Shown piece after piece: positions 27,371 to 40,799 of a stretch of 64,000 nt of DNA (its first letter is position 1; every line of letters begins with the position of its first letter). This DNA is from Octopus sinensis. Taxonomy: Eukaryota. The stretch is from positions 71,114,001-71,178,000 of the forward strand of contig NC_043009.1 of NCBI RefSeq assembly GCF_006345805.1. The letters run 5' to 3'. Made by a program: the position numbers and the translations under genes. The notes below the pieces were generated by a model. The model was given only the letters and a program-made list of their open reading frames with translations, was not told the DNA's origin and did no database searches.

Positions 27371-27590
27371 AAAGCGGCAAGCTGGCCGAATCGTTAGCAC
27401 ACTGGACGGAATGCTTAGCGGTATTTCGTCTGCCGCTACGTCTGAGTTCCAATTCCGCCGAGCTCGACTTTGCCTTTCATCCTTTCGGGATCGATAAATC
27501 AAATACCAGCGAAACACTGAGGCCGATGTAATCGACTGACCTCCGCCCCCATAATTTCAGGCTTTTGCCTATAGCAGAAAGGATGTTTAT
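27371..27590 (+). mobile_element. Full-length SINE (core family) with an imperfect TSD
   Basis: Head GCGGCAAGCTGGCCGAATCGTTAGCAC, core CTCGACTTTGCCTTTCATCCTTTCGGG. Flanks are TTTATGTGTACAT and TTTATGTGCACAT. Confidence 0.85.
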
Positions 27591-27619
27591 GTGCACATTT
27601 ATATGAATATATATGGGCG

Positions 27620-27651
<32 letters not shown>

Positions 27652-28024
27652 GATGAAAGGGTTAAAGTTTATATATGAATATATAAACTGAAGCCCTTGA
27701 AGATACATTACAACGTAATGGGTTACGTTTAACTTTTCCCATGCTCTTTTCTAATTGCTCTCCACCTTCAGGAATGATCTTCGTCGCTTTGGTAATTATG
27801 TTTTCTTTCATGAACTGATCTAACCTATGGAGAAACTTGATACTTTTTACTTACATTTTTTTAGAAACGAATCAAAAGTCATTATTTCATCTCGTCCATC
27901 ATAGTTAACAAGTAATTATTTCTTTTTTTATGTTTTCATAATCTTCACTCTCCAATATTTAACAGCTTGTCATATCTTCGAACTAATTTCCTTGTTCTCT
28001 GTTTCCCCCTCTCTCCCTCTCTCC

Positions 28025-28072
<48 letters not shown>

Positions 28073-28720
28073 CTTTCTTACTCTCTCCTTCTCGGTGTAA
28101 CTCTCTATATCCTTCGCATTTTTCTTCCTTATTTCTTTCTCACTTCTCAATTATTTTTCCCTTCTTTATATTATGCTTAAACAATCTCTTTAATTCATCT
28201 TTAATTTCACACCAGATCTTTCCAATCTATTCCGTTTCAAAGAAGCGTTTGAATTAAAACAGCACTGCGGTAACAATAACTCCCCCGATATACAATCGCA
28301 CTCTTTCAACTCTGGTCGTCCCTCAAAGCACTTTAATCACATCGGGGATCGATGCACTTAGCAGAATTTTTAGTATTCATAAATATTTCCTGCTTGTCGA
28401 AGAATCGTTAGAATTCCGGGAAAATGCTTTCTTTTGATTTCAAGCTCTGCTACAGCCAGCTTTGTCTTTCATACCCTGAGCATCATATTTATAAAGTAGT
28501 GGTCAAATACTGCGGTCGATTGACCCTTGGCATCAAATTTTCGCCCTTGAGTCTATGTTATAAACAATTATGTTGTGATTTTTCCTTGTAATATTCTTTC
28601 TTATTTGCCCTTGAGTCAAATAAAACGACCTGATTAATACTATTTATCATCCCCAATTTGTCTTTCCTCATTCTGGGGTTCATAAAATAAAGAGCAAAAG
28701 AACCAGACAAGGTCGTTTAT

Positions 28721-28840
28721 GGAAGACCAGGAGTCGCTCATGCACACCAGCCTCCCCTCCCCATGCTACTGATGCTATCCAAGGGAAAGGCAATGGGGCC
28801 GATACAACTTGGCATCAGTGACGTCGCGACTCATCTCTAC
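28721..28840 (-). mobile_element. Internal fragment of the 14132-14446 SINE family
   Basis: Shares ACCAGCCTCCCCTC...TATCCAAGGGAAAG...CAGTGACGTCGC. Confidence 0.75.
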
Positions 28841-28844
28841 ATGT

Positions 28845-29243
<399 letters not shown>

Positions 29244-29366
29244 CGCCAGTAGTTTTATTTTTATAGCGTGCTTTCACTTCACTACCGAGCGCAGCTCTGT
29301 GTGCCTTGGGTATGTGTTGTGATTTGTTGTGATGCTCTGATAGTTATTGTATGGAAAGTGTTCTTA

Positions 29367-29398
<32 letters not shown>

Positions 29399-29539
29399 GA
29401 GTAGTATATTTTTTATATCGTGCTTTCACTTCACTACCGAGCGCAGCTCTGTGTGCCTTGGGTATGTGTTGTGATTTGTTGTGATGCTCTGATGGTTATT
29501 GTATGGAAAGTATTCTTATCATTATTATTATTATTATTA

Positions 29540-29583
<44 letters not shown>

Positions 29584-31050
29584 GGCAGTTTTGCTTTTAT
29601 TTTAAACCTTCACTCCTTTACTGAGCGCAGTTCTCTATACACTGGATGGATGCAACGCTTTGTTTCACTTTAGCTCTATTTACTGTGCTGACAATGTTCT
29701 TCCTAATCTATTTGTATGGTTCTTACCAGTGCTATTTTCTGTATGTTATGCATATTTATAAGTCTTGGAATTTTGGTTCCGTATTTGTCGGCATGTTTTT
29801 ATCATTCCTAAAGGAGCTATTATTAGAGAGATTGTTTCTGTTTTCAGGCTCCCCATTCAGGTTATCTCTATGTCCAGATCTTTATATTTGGATAATTTCC
29901 CATCTTTTTCAGATTATTATCATTTGTTCGAACAGATATGTCGATTAGAAAGGATTTCGTTTTCCTGGCTGTCATTGACAACAATATCTGGTCGATTAAT
30001 CTTGATGTGCCTGTTTGCGTATCTGTGTATATTTGTTTATACTTGCTTAACTATCTTCAGAAACTATTTTCCCGTTCTATGCTTATATCTTTTCCCTTGG
30101 TATTTCATGGTGTTGGCATAACTTCCAGTATATGTAATCTTCAACTGTGACATGCTTCTGGATGTATTCTACCTCGGTTAAGACTATGCAGTCAGAAAGC
30201 GTGGTTAATTGTTTCTTCCATATCTCTACATCTTCGGCAGCCACTCTATTCTTCTTCCTCATCTGGCGTTTTCTAGTGGGGATGGGAGAGGCCTTGGTCC
30301 TGTGCCGCAGTAAAGAACCTTCCATTCTCTACACTGAATCCTGCATTTCTCAGCCAGTGCTGGGAATTTTTCCTCTCCTTCCATTCTGTTTAGCTTTTTT
30401 TTTTCCTAATACTGACGACGCAGTGTTTTTCTTGCCATTATTTCATTTTGACATTCTGTAGTTCCAATTTTAGTTCAGATTTTAGTTGTTTCACTATTTC
30501 TGCTTTTGTTTCTTCGTTTTCTTCGTGATTGTCTTTTACTGCAGCTTCTCTGCTGTGTGTTTACTTTCCTTCTTTCTTTATTTATTTATGTTTAATTTTT
30601 TGTTTCGTAGCTATCTGAACTAAATTCCCATGATTCTGTTTTACAAATATTTGTTACTCTGTTTTGTGAATGTTTTGTAATATTGGCTTACAAGTATGAT
30701 GCCGTGTTTTATTCGTCGGAAAATCAATCTCAGATTTTGTGTGGTATTTTCTAATGTAGCCAATATTTTCTTTGCATTCCTGATTAATTATGCTAGTTCA
30801 TTTAACGTCCAATTAAGAGTAATTATAACTCATTTAAAACTATGTTAATTAGAGTATTCATGCCTTTTACCTTATTTTCTTTATATTTTTCTGTTTTAAT
30901 TATTAATCTGGTACACCTAAAATATCATTCCTTCCTAACCATTTCATTCTTTTGTGGGTGTTAAACCAATGTCTAATTCGTAGATTCCTAAAGTATATCT
31001 ATGTTTGATTCAATTCTGTTACGGCATCTGATTTATCTAGTGTGAAATTC
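29244..31050 (-). mobile_element. Internally deleted RLE-type (R4/Dong-like) non-LTR element with triplicated 3' ends in (ATT)n
   Basis: Reverse translation gives NRPDIVV..FLIDISV..KYKDL.IEIT...IQKIAL (PD-(D/E)xK nuclease) and IYWKLCQHHEIP from the CCHC region. The 3' UTR runs into TAA repeats. Confidence 0.75.
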
Positions 31051-31479
31051 CATCCGTCCATTTACACTTCCCGCTTTTCCTGACAGAGCTGCTAGGACAG
31101 AGTTCTCAAGCATCTCCTCCATACAGTTCCCCCAGAGGCAACTGTCATTAGTTTCTTGTTGAATCTCAAGCGTGACCGACACAGATTATGGGTATTATCC
31201 AACCATCGCATTCTTGCTCAACAACTGAGTCTCTTTATCGGTTGGCTCACCACATGTTCGTAGAACCGGAACCGTGACTAAGAGCTGCTCGTTCTGGAGA
31301 TCGATCTCTGGGCCACGCATCCTGTTGATAATGTTGTTCCAGATTTCTTTCGGTGGAATCCAATTTCGGCCAACATTCATAATTATTGATGAGGATCGGC
31401 ACGAAAAGCGAATTAAAGGTTGCAAGATCGGCATTTTTATTACCAATATCTCATTTTCTGAGAGTTGAATACTAGAAGT

Positions 31480-32800
31480 GGCTCATTGCTGTAGCAGACC
31501 CTACACTACTAGCATCCAGCTCCACCTCCTGCCAACCTGCATCAGTAATATTCCACTGATATACAGAGAGAATTGGGAAGACCTTCTTGAGTGGAATGAT
31601 ACTTCAGTCTTCGCAACACTAATTCTCGTCCTTACCTTGCAGCAATCGGCAGAGAATCATTGCAAGGTTTGCTGGAGATTACATTTTGATGAACTGAGAA
31701 ACATCATGCCGTCTGCACATGTCAATGGACCGATCCTACACCACGTAATTATGATACAGCTTCCACAACGGCTGTTCCTGCCAATGTAGTTCGTGAAAAT
31801 GGTGTTGAGTGAGAAGTTTTCCACTTCACATTATTTAACCGAACACAAACATCTGCGCAGTTATCCAGGGATTTCCCAGTAACTATAAGTTGCCCATTAA
31901 TCCCAAACTCTTGTAAAATCCTCTACAGCATGTCCTGCAGCACGTGGTTATATGTCTTTTTGAGCCATATAAACATACACTTCTTGGCAATAGGTCCATG
32001 AATTCTCAGAGTCCTGTCGTGGAGTGAATATCTAGTCGGTTGTTCTGAGTCCAGGACAGAAGTCAATTTATCTTTCAGCTACCGACAATTTTCCTACATC
32101 TTTTTTCCTGATACCTAGCTTAGACCTTACCAGAGAAGCTCAACAAGGACATTCTCTAAAATTAGAAGACTCTCTTTTGTCGCCCTTTTACAAATTGGGA
32201 CTGCTACGCCAGATTACCATGGTTTTGAGGTCTTTTCAGAGGTTCATGCCACTTGGCATACACGAGTCAACAAGAGAATACCTTCGCTATTTAAGACTTT
32301 TAGCATCTCACACCAAATGTCATCCTCTCCAAGGGCCTTGCCACATTTGAACGCTTTAACCGCACCTGTGACTACCACCTCTGTGAGGTTAGTCGTTGCC
32401 CTTAAATGCATCTGATGGTCATCAAAATTTTTATTGCGACTGGATGCTAACTAATCTTTCCAGCTCCTAAGGATACTACTCTCAGTACAATCCCAGCCGA
32501 GATGGTACTGACAGATTTGGAAAAGTTCTTCTTACAAACACAACAAAAGGTCTGCTTCAATTCTTTATTAGCCGATTTACTGCCGGAGTCCAGCTTAACC
32601 CCAGAGACCTTTTATTACTTATTCTTGGACGTTTTACTGTCTCTCCTGCAACTTTTCTCACTTCAGACACAAAAGGAGAGACCCGTTTCCAAGCCGAACT
32701 GTGTAAACCTCCTTTTTTTATTCGGATGGCATTTAACTTCCTGTTTAAACTAGTTGGTCTTTCTACCATCTGATACACCACGAACCGATCCCCAGCATTT
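31480..32800 (-). mobile_element. Decayed RTE-clade LINE fragment (EN-RT linker and RT)
   Basis: Reverse translation gives GDKRESSNFR and FCPGLRTTD*IFT.RQ..ENSW, matching RTE-type KGDRRECSNYR and GFRPGRSTTDQIFTLRQ. Confidence 0.7.
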
Positions 32801-32959
32801 TACATTCGAAGAAGAAACTGCCGTACAAAACAGTCGCAACTCACTTTCGACATCCTCGGTTCAGGAGAAGTCTTGATTTTCATGCAACAACTGCAGCATA
32901 TATTTGCTTGTCGTTTTATTCTCTGCTTTATTCTGTAAGTTTTGTGAGTTCTCCCTGTA

Positions 32960-33640
32960 TTAAATAGTTTCAGATTGCATACCTCCAGATTAATAGAAAC
33001 TGAGACGAGATTACAAGCAGAGTGGCCAGCTCTCGCCACAGAATGTGCTAAGAGGAAGTTATCCTTGAAAAATCGAGCCGAGATGCGCGATGGCGAATGC
33101 CTACACCGCTTCCCCTCGCAATTTACCGCCTTTTCCTTATCCATGCCTGACCATCTTCAAAGGTTTGCACCTTCGCTTTCTGTGATATGAGTACGTTCCA
33201 TCAATGAAGAAACCCATATGCCTCCAGCGCCCACGGGAAGGCAAGCTTTACATGCCTTGGTTGCTAATGCGTTGAGGTTACGCCACATACAGAGACTCCT
33301 AGACGGTGAGCAGGCGTGGCTCATTTGTAAGGCGCACTTTTCTGTAGCTCGACACTTTAACGGATCTACAGTTATGGATCAAGAACAGAACAGGATTGGT
33401 CGCCGGTCATTTGAAATGTGGTCAGACACTCATTTCCCTCTACTGGTCGGACAACAAGTTGGGTGGAAGTTAGACTTTAATAAAATAGAAAGGACTGGCA
33501 GAGGTTAAGAGCGATGGCGCACTCGAGAAAACATTTGGTGTCGATGAGGACTGAACTAGTCCCCTTGCTCTGGAGGACTTTGGGGTGGAGACCTTTATGA
33601 ACAACTTTCAGAAATCCTTGGCCAGACAGTGCTGCCGGGT
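32960..33640 (+). mobile_element. Decayed L1/Tx1 post-RT fragment
   Basis: RKLSLKNRAE, ICLQRPREGKLYMPWLLMR and ALRLRHIQRLLDGEQAW. Confidence 0.7.
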
Positions 33641-33644
33641 TTTA

Positions 33645-34750
33645 ATCAGAGTTTTTGTAAGGTCAGATGACTGGCAGGTTGACGTTGTTTATACTTTCGA
33701 GTAGTTGACTACAAAAACTACAGATTATGGTCTATGCACAGTTAAATTAAGCAAGATAAATAAGAATCCTCTTAATGGAAGAGTAACGTCTCAAAGTCTC
33801 ATGCTCAACAGGAGAACATTCCAAGGACGGGATCCCGAAACTGGCGTGACTCATTAACAACAGGTAGTGGATCTCACTAAAGAGAAATTTAGAGCACCAC
33901 CGATTATCTTTAGTGGTAGCGATAGAGAGTAGAGGCAAAACTGACCGAGTAGAAGAGATGCATAGAATTGCTAGTGGAATAGGCCTTCACTAATTTTTCG
34001 AAGTGAAACACCGACATTCTAAGTTCTTTGTTCAATCGCGGTGAATCTCCAGGACACAAAAGTCATTCTGTAGGTCGGAGAGGGAGAGACAGGTAATGTG
34101 ACCAAAAGCTACATTTCGATAACTGATGAATCGTAGGATTTTCTAGCAGCCCTTTGCCAAGCTGTTACTAGAAGTGGTGAGCTGGAGACATTGGACTTCG
34201 ATTCCTCCCACAAGAATCTACTACAACCCTCGAACGCTGTTTCAAGCTGCTACAAGAAACCGATTACATCAAACGTAGCGATAGTCGTAGTGAGCCGTAG
34301 TGCGACAGGTTTTTTGCTGAGGTTGGTTTATCCGCTCTACGAGCTTTATTGCAACGTGTCAGGTGTGATCGATATTACAGCTGTCGACTGCAATTAGCAG
34401 CAATCGTTATTGTGTTGAGAAAAGTGTAGGTTATCGCTGTTGAGAAAAGAAGATTCGGTTATGACAGTAGAAATAAACAATTTCAAACCCATAACTCTGC
34501 TCAACACAAAAGTGAAGATTTGACACCGATATTCGCCAACATATTGAAGTTTGTCGTTGGTAGTGAAGTAGGAGACGTGCAATTTTACGCGATCGCCGCC
34601 AGGACAATCTCTGTTGCGCGTAATACATCGTAAAGTGCGTCGTGAACAGAGCTGGCTATGGTGTCACGGGGTTCACTTTGAATCAATTCATATCTGACAA
34701 TAGGGGCGACTATCGTTACCTCTTGTTTAATTGGCTACTATTAGTGTGAG
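33645..34750 (+). mobile_element. Decayed L1/Tx1 fragment (EN end, linker, RT start)
   Basis: RVFVRSDD, WKSNVS, PLYELY and INNFKPITLLNTKVKI (NFRPITLLN motif). Confidence 0.72.
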
Positions 34751-34889
34751 TTTCTCCAGTGGCCTGAACGATGAACATCCTACTTGTGGAATTAACCTAT
34801 GGTGGTTGGCTTTTCTATCGGGACTTGTAAGGAGCGGATCTTTGAATTACTGATACAGACTTCAAGGAAAGGAAGATATGGAAAGAATA

Positions 34890-35050
34890 ATTGACCTCAG
34901 TACTCGATTGGTACTTTATTTATCAACTCTTAAAGGATAGATGGCTAAGTTGACTATGGCGTGATTTGAACTCAAACCGAACGAACAACTTTTGCAAACT
35001 ATTGTATCCGACGGACTAATGATTCAACCGTTTCACCGCCTAAACAAATG
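34890..35050 (-). mobile_element. Decayed SINE (core family)
   Basis: GGTACTTTATTTATCAAC...AAGGATAGATGGCTAAGTTGAC...TTTGAACTCA. Confidence 0.65.
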
Positions 35051-35558
35051 CTTTTCTTAAGATAACAAGAAATCAAACTTGTAAAGAAACACGTAATTTT
35101 AGCCAGCAATGGTTTGCGAACGTGTATGGCAAGGGGTGTGGGTTTACACACTAATCCTAGCTGTAGCTGAAGATTAGTAACCAAAAACTAAACAGCAGTT
35201 AGGTAGTAGATTAAATATTAAATATTAAAGCACTGACCCAGAAAATTGTTTCGTTGACGAGAGTTTATTTGTAAACAACGTGGAATGGATTGGAATGGAA
35301 TGCTCTTATCTACTTAGGAAGATTTAAGTCAGAACTGTCTCCACTTGGTGTAATTGGAAAATGCTTGCCATAAGCAATTGAAGAATTATATATCAAATTT
35401 TGTCATTTTAATGTGTGCTGCTCCTCCGAATGTGACAGATCTAGGCGGAACATAACAGCAAATCTATATATTTGATCTCTGCAGTTACATTCCTGATTTT
35501 GTACCTGACAACTCTATGCGTCCAACAGTTTGAATTATTATTTTTTCTTGTCTTTTTT

Positions 35559-35607
<49 letters not shown>

Positions 35608-35812
35608 GATTTATATTTTATTTTCTTACTTTGTCAGAAATAACAAAACACTGAAAGTGAACGCGAGAAGTTGTCAAGTTCTGGACTACATTATCTCTGT
35701 AGATTACAGAAACAATCATTGTATTAGCAATCATGTTGAATTGACTTTGACTGTTCATTATTTCGATGTCTCTGCGTAATATGCTCTCTCTCTCTCTTTC
35801 TCTCTCTCTCTC

Positions 35813-35871
<59 letters not shown>

Positions 35872-36522
35872 TTAAATAGCTTCTAGCAACATAAGCTCTG
35901 CTGTACAATCGCAAACTTCACAAAACTACACTTAATGTGCTATATCCCGTTCAATTGCCCATCCTCACTCTCGACCCCGCCCCCCACATACACACACTCA
36001 CACTTCAACTCTCACTTTCTCTTTTTATCGCTCACTTCTTCTCTCTCTCTCTCTCTTTACGACATGTATTCTTTTCCTACAGTACTCCACTCCTCCCTCT
36101 ATCCTTCTCGATCAATTTCATGTTTTATCACTTACTCTCACGAATGGTTTTCAGGATTTTTAAGGCTATTGGGGGGAATGGGGGTGGCAGGGGGGGGGGG
36201 GTAGATTTGTCTACAGACCCCAGGATCCGGTTTGTAAATGAGAGCACTCCACTAAGTTTACTCAAGGGTCTCTAAGGGTGTTTAATCGAACGACAGATTA
36301 ACTGATACAACTGAAGCCAACGAGGTATTCTCTACGCAAACATTCCAACCGCAACAAATGGCCTCCAAATCTCCTTCAAATCACATCCCCCACCGTCTTA
36401 AACAAAGGAAGGACTGCTATCAATGCACTGGAGAATGTGGCCTCGTGTTCTCCTAGGAAGATAAGGACTATTCGAACGAGGATGACATGATATAAACAAC
36501 AACTACAACTACAACAATAATT

Positions 36523-36702
36523 ATCCTTTCTACTCTAGGCACAAGGCCTGAAGTTTGGGGGAGGGGTAAGTCTATTATATCGATCCCGATTGGATGAAGG
36601 CAAAGTCGACCTCGGCGGAATTTTAATTCAGACCGTAAGGACGGACGAAATACCGCTAAGCATTACGTCCGGCGTGCTAACGATTCTGCCAGCTCGCCGT
36701 CT
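36523..36702 (-). mobile_element. SINE (core family)
   Basis: AAGGCAAAGTCGACCTCGGCGGAATTT...GAAATACCGCTAAGCATT...CTGCCAGCTCGCC. Confidence 0.85.
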
Positions 36703-36755
36703 TAATGATGATGATGATCATCATCATCATCATCATAATAATAATAATAATAATA

Positions 36756-36793
<38 letters not shown>

Positions 36794-36794
36794 G

Positions 36795-37360
36795 TGTTAC
36801 ATTAGAAACTGTAAGAAAAGTGGGGTCTAAGGAGAGAGGTAAGATGTGGTATGAGCACAAAGCGCAGAGCGTGGCGGAGTGGGAGACTAGCGAAATCATT
36901 TGGGATTTCCCAATCCAAACAGATCAGGTGACAGGGCATAACAGACCGGACCAAGTGGTGGCGGACAAGGTGCACCACATTATGCTATATAGTTGATGTT
37001 GCATGGCCCTTTGGTCCACGAATAGGTAAGCGAAATGATAGATAGATAGAAGCCTCTTAAGTACGAAATAGCCCGTGTATGGGAAATGAAGAAGGTGAAG
37101 ATAGTGCCAATTATTGTTGGGTCCTTAGGAACAGTATCAGAAGGAGTCAAGAGGAATATAAAGGAAATTGGAATATTGTGTCCAGTAGAACTGTTACGAA
37201 AGGTTTGCATCCTTGGCACGACCAGAATAATCAGGAATGTATTAGATAGCTGAAACGAACAGATAGCATGGTATTGTAGGCTGTAGGCAGCAAGCCCGAT
37301 ACACATACAAGGCTCCAGGAGTTCCAACAAAACTCGAGATAAAAATAAATAAATAATAAT
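36795..37360 (+). mobile_element. 5'-truncated RLE-type (R4/Dong-like) element between ATT and AAT repeats
   Basis: WYEHK...IIWDFPIQTD..GHNRPD..CYIVDVA...LKYEIARVWEMKKVKIVPIIVGSLG...LRKVCILGT, ending in AATAAT repeats. Confidence 0.88.
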
Positions 37361-38189
37361 AATAATCTTTTACTACAACTACTACTAGTTCATATTTTTT
37401 TTAAGAATGTATGAGTTTTGTGGGGGAGGGGGTTAACTGGTATTTCTAAGAGGTCTTGTGATAGCTTAGAGAGTTCTGCTGCACTGCCAGACTGTATCCT
37501 GTAAATCCCAAACTCCTTCTTATCGAAATGTTCAGCCAAGCTACAACAGAATGTTTTCATTTGAGGGAGGTTTGACGGTTATTTCTAGCTAGTGGAGCGG
37601 TCGTAGAAAGGGTTTCCTTTGTATGAATAGGTTCCAGTTGTAACAATCACCACATACATTTGCTTCAGGTTTCTTCTATAGACGACTAAATTTTCCACTG
37701 TGGTAAATTAACGATTTTGTTAATCTTTCTAGCAACTCTATCTTCACGCACATTTGGAGAAGAGATGTGCTACAATAACAATTTGGTATTATACAGATTC
37801 CACTAGTTTACCATTTAGGAAATATTGCCAAAAGACAAAGAAAAGAAATGTTTGAATATAGAGAAAATATAAACATGGCAAAATATAAACATGTTTTGGA
37901 ACGACGAGTGATCGATCCCGCCACGTGGGACCTTGGCTATGCATCTTCTTGTATTGTCTAAAGATTTGAAAATGCAATTTGGCTGAGGTAAATTTTTCGA
38001 GAAGCCTACATGTGTATATTATTTTAATCGCTAAATCAGGGTAAAGGGCTGTGCATATAATCCCCTTTTTGAGGGCCCTTGGGGCTGGTGAAAGGAAGAA
38101 TGAATGCATCATCAAACCAGAAACCTAGTTTGAATGCTTTGCAAATAAAAGGAGTCCGTTACGAGACTCCTAGGATGAGAAAGTGGTGT

Positions 38190-38380
38190 GAAAGAGGGCA
38201 GCAGGTTATGTCTACTGCCTGGGGAGACAGTGGCAGTACTTGAACTCGGAAAGCAAAGAGCGGCAATAAATACTGCAAAGCATCTTATCGCTCTGGACCG
38301 ATATTTTATTTTCACCTCGGAAGGGCGAAAGGCAAACTTGACCTCGGCGTGGTTTGTATTCCGATGCTCTACCGACTCTG
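38190..38380 (-). mobile_element. Decayed SINE (core family)
   Basis: GAAAGGCAAACTTGACCTCGGCG core. Confidence 0.6.
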
Positions 38381-40209
38381 CCACTCCACTCTGTAAATGT
38401 GTATTTATGTGCTTGTGTCCCTGTTTGTGTTTTTGTGTTAATGCGTTTGATACAACAGCTTCAATCCGATGTTGTGATATAAATACAAACTTATCCAGTC
38501 GATAAAATATAGATCAATAAAATAAATACAAAGTCCCATGTGCTCTAGCATGGCCGGAATCCGTTGACTAAAAGAGTAAAAGACTAACACAATGTCCGAA
38601 TTTATTGACTTGAAGAAATGAAGACTTGTTGCTCTTTGACAATTTCCTTATAAGAAACATTATGAAAGTAAGAGAAATGGTGTGGAATAAATAGTTTCTA
38701 TATTTAATTCCAGCTTGCTTAGCCATAACTATAATTCTGAAGCATTTCTGTTGAAAATCAAGCAGCTATTGGCAACATGGAATAAAATGCTTGCAGCTTT
38801 GAATGAGATGGCAAGATGATGATAAACAGTTCTTAGAAGAACAATTATGAGAATTCTGAGAGAATATTTTGGAAGAAACGTGAATTTAATGCTGCTGTGA
38901 ATAGGCTTCAATCAGGTAGAAGACATTGAATGGTCAACAAGATTTATCAAAAGATTTTAGATGTGTCTCAAAGTTTCCAAAGGATATCTTCTACAATCAC
39001 CCGGATGGTGTGTAAAGGACAAACTGTCGCATAAAATGTTTTTCTGGTTATTTGTTTACGTCCTTTCACATTCAGAGTTCAAATCTTGCTTAGATTCAAT
39101 TTGCCTTTTATCTTTCCTATGAAGATATTGTAGTCCTAAGTACATTGTATCTGAAAAATAATAGATGAAATGGTCACAGAAAGAACGCCTCTCATTATAG
39201 TTCTGCTCAAATAAAGCAAACCTGAGACGAAACATCAGCAAGATTCTATAATCACGTAACAAGGAGGCGTTAAACAAAGTGAAGTGTGAAGATCTTACAG
39301 CAGAGGTGGCGAAATGTCCTTATATAATAACGATGCCAATGAAACTCTGTCTTAGCTTAAACTCTTCATCCCAACATCTCTATCACCTTTCTGGAGTAAC
39401 TCATTGCTCACAACGCCTCCTATACCAACCATTTCTTTGAAGTTATTAAAGAAAGAATGAAAGAAAAAGAGAGAGAGGGGCGTGGAGAGAAATCGTTCTT
39501 ATGTTCCTGTCTGGCAAATAAGGTGACGTCAGTATATCATCGATATATGGTCTCGGTGTTCAGCAATAGCGTTTAGAAAATCATTCGACGTGCTGAAAAT
39601 ACCAGCCAGACGTCTTTCTCGAACATCTTACAGTCTCCCATAAAAACATATCGCACAATATAGGATACTTAAACACAACATTCTCGCCAATCTAACACCT
39701 TTCATATTATGAAACGCAATGAATTTATCCATCAAACAATATTTGCACAAAATGGAATGTCCCCAGGTCCTTCTTAATAAGCTCAATTAGCATCGAATTA
39801 TTAACATCATAATTATTTTTCATTAAGAAAGAAACAGTAGCGCCCCTGGCACGGGCTTTGCAGCATTTGGTTACATTCTTTTTTGTTCCTCGTTCAAATT
39901 GCGTGGGTGCTGACTTTGACTTTCATTCTTCCAGGATCGATAAAATGGAGTACCAGTCATATACGATGGTCAATATGATTCACTATAAACTTCCTAAAAG
40001 CCAACCTACTTGTGAATTCTTTTTTATTTTCTTACATAAGTAATTAGAGAAAACAAAATCCGAGATGAATTTGTGTCGTCAGATGTCTGTAGTTTTCACA
40101 CCTTTTCAGAATATAAGCATAAATACATACAAAAAGATACATACATACTTTTGTATACATGCGCAATGATTAAAAAAATAGGTGTATACACCCACACCAC
40201 ACACACAAA

Positions 40210-40283
<74 letters not shown>

Positions 40284-40799
40284 GCGAGAAAGAAGCAACA
40301 AGAATGGATAGGTTTTTAGTACGATCGTTTCATACAAGGACAGGTTTTATTAAAAGTTGCAAAGGTTACAGCAAATAAACGAGTCCCGTACTCATCAGCT
40401 AAAATACATGTAAGTTCTCTAGACATCCTAGTGTTTGAGGCTATACTCATGAAGTAATGTAGATAATTAAACAGATTTCTAAAGTTCATTAAAGTTCTTT
40501 AAAGATGATGTATAGTCTTATCACAGAATATTAAAAAAGTTTTGATAGCATCACAGAGAAGGTGACCTAATCCATATGAATTTCCATAGATATGATGAGG
40601 GATTATATACTCACAGAGACAAATTTATCCATTGTTATTAGCATTACAGAGAGGGTGAATTAATCCTTTGTATATATGCACAGATTCCAATGGTGTAGAT
40701 GTAAATTTCCAGAGAAATGGAGATGAATTTCATATTCACAGGCGATAAATTTTACAATGGTTGAACACAATGAGGTAGGTACCAATCCTTGTTATATGG
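40284..40799 (-). repeat. Left inverted repeat, the native 3' pseudo-LTR of the PLE
   Basis: Reverse complement of 43983-44498 with 1 substitution and 2 single-base indels. Confidence 0.95.
40314..40404 (-). ncRNA. Type I hammerhead ribozyme fold (sense to the PLE ORF) with extended stem II
   Basis: UUUUAG-CUGAUGA-[60 nt]-GAAAC-GAUC-GUA-CUAAAA: intact core and 6-bp stem I. Confidence 0.75.
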
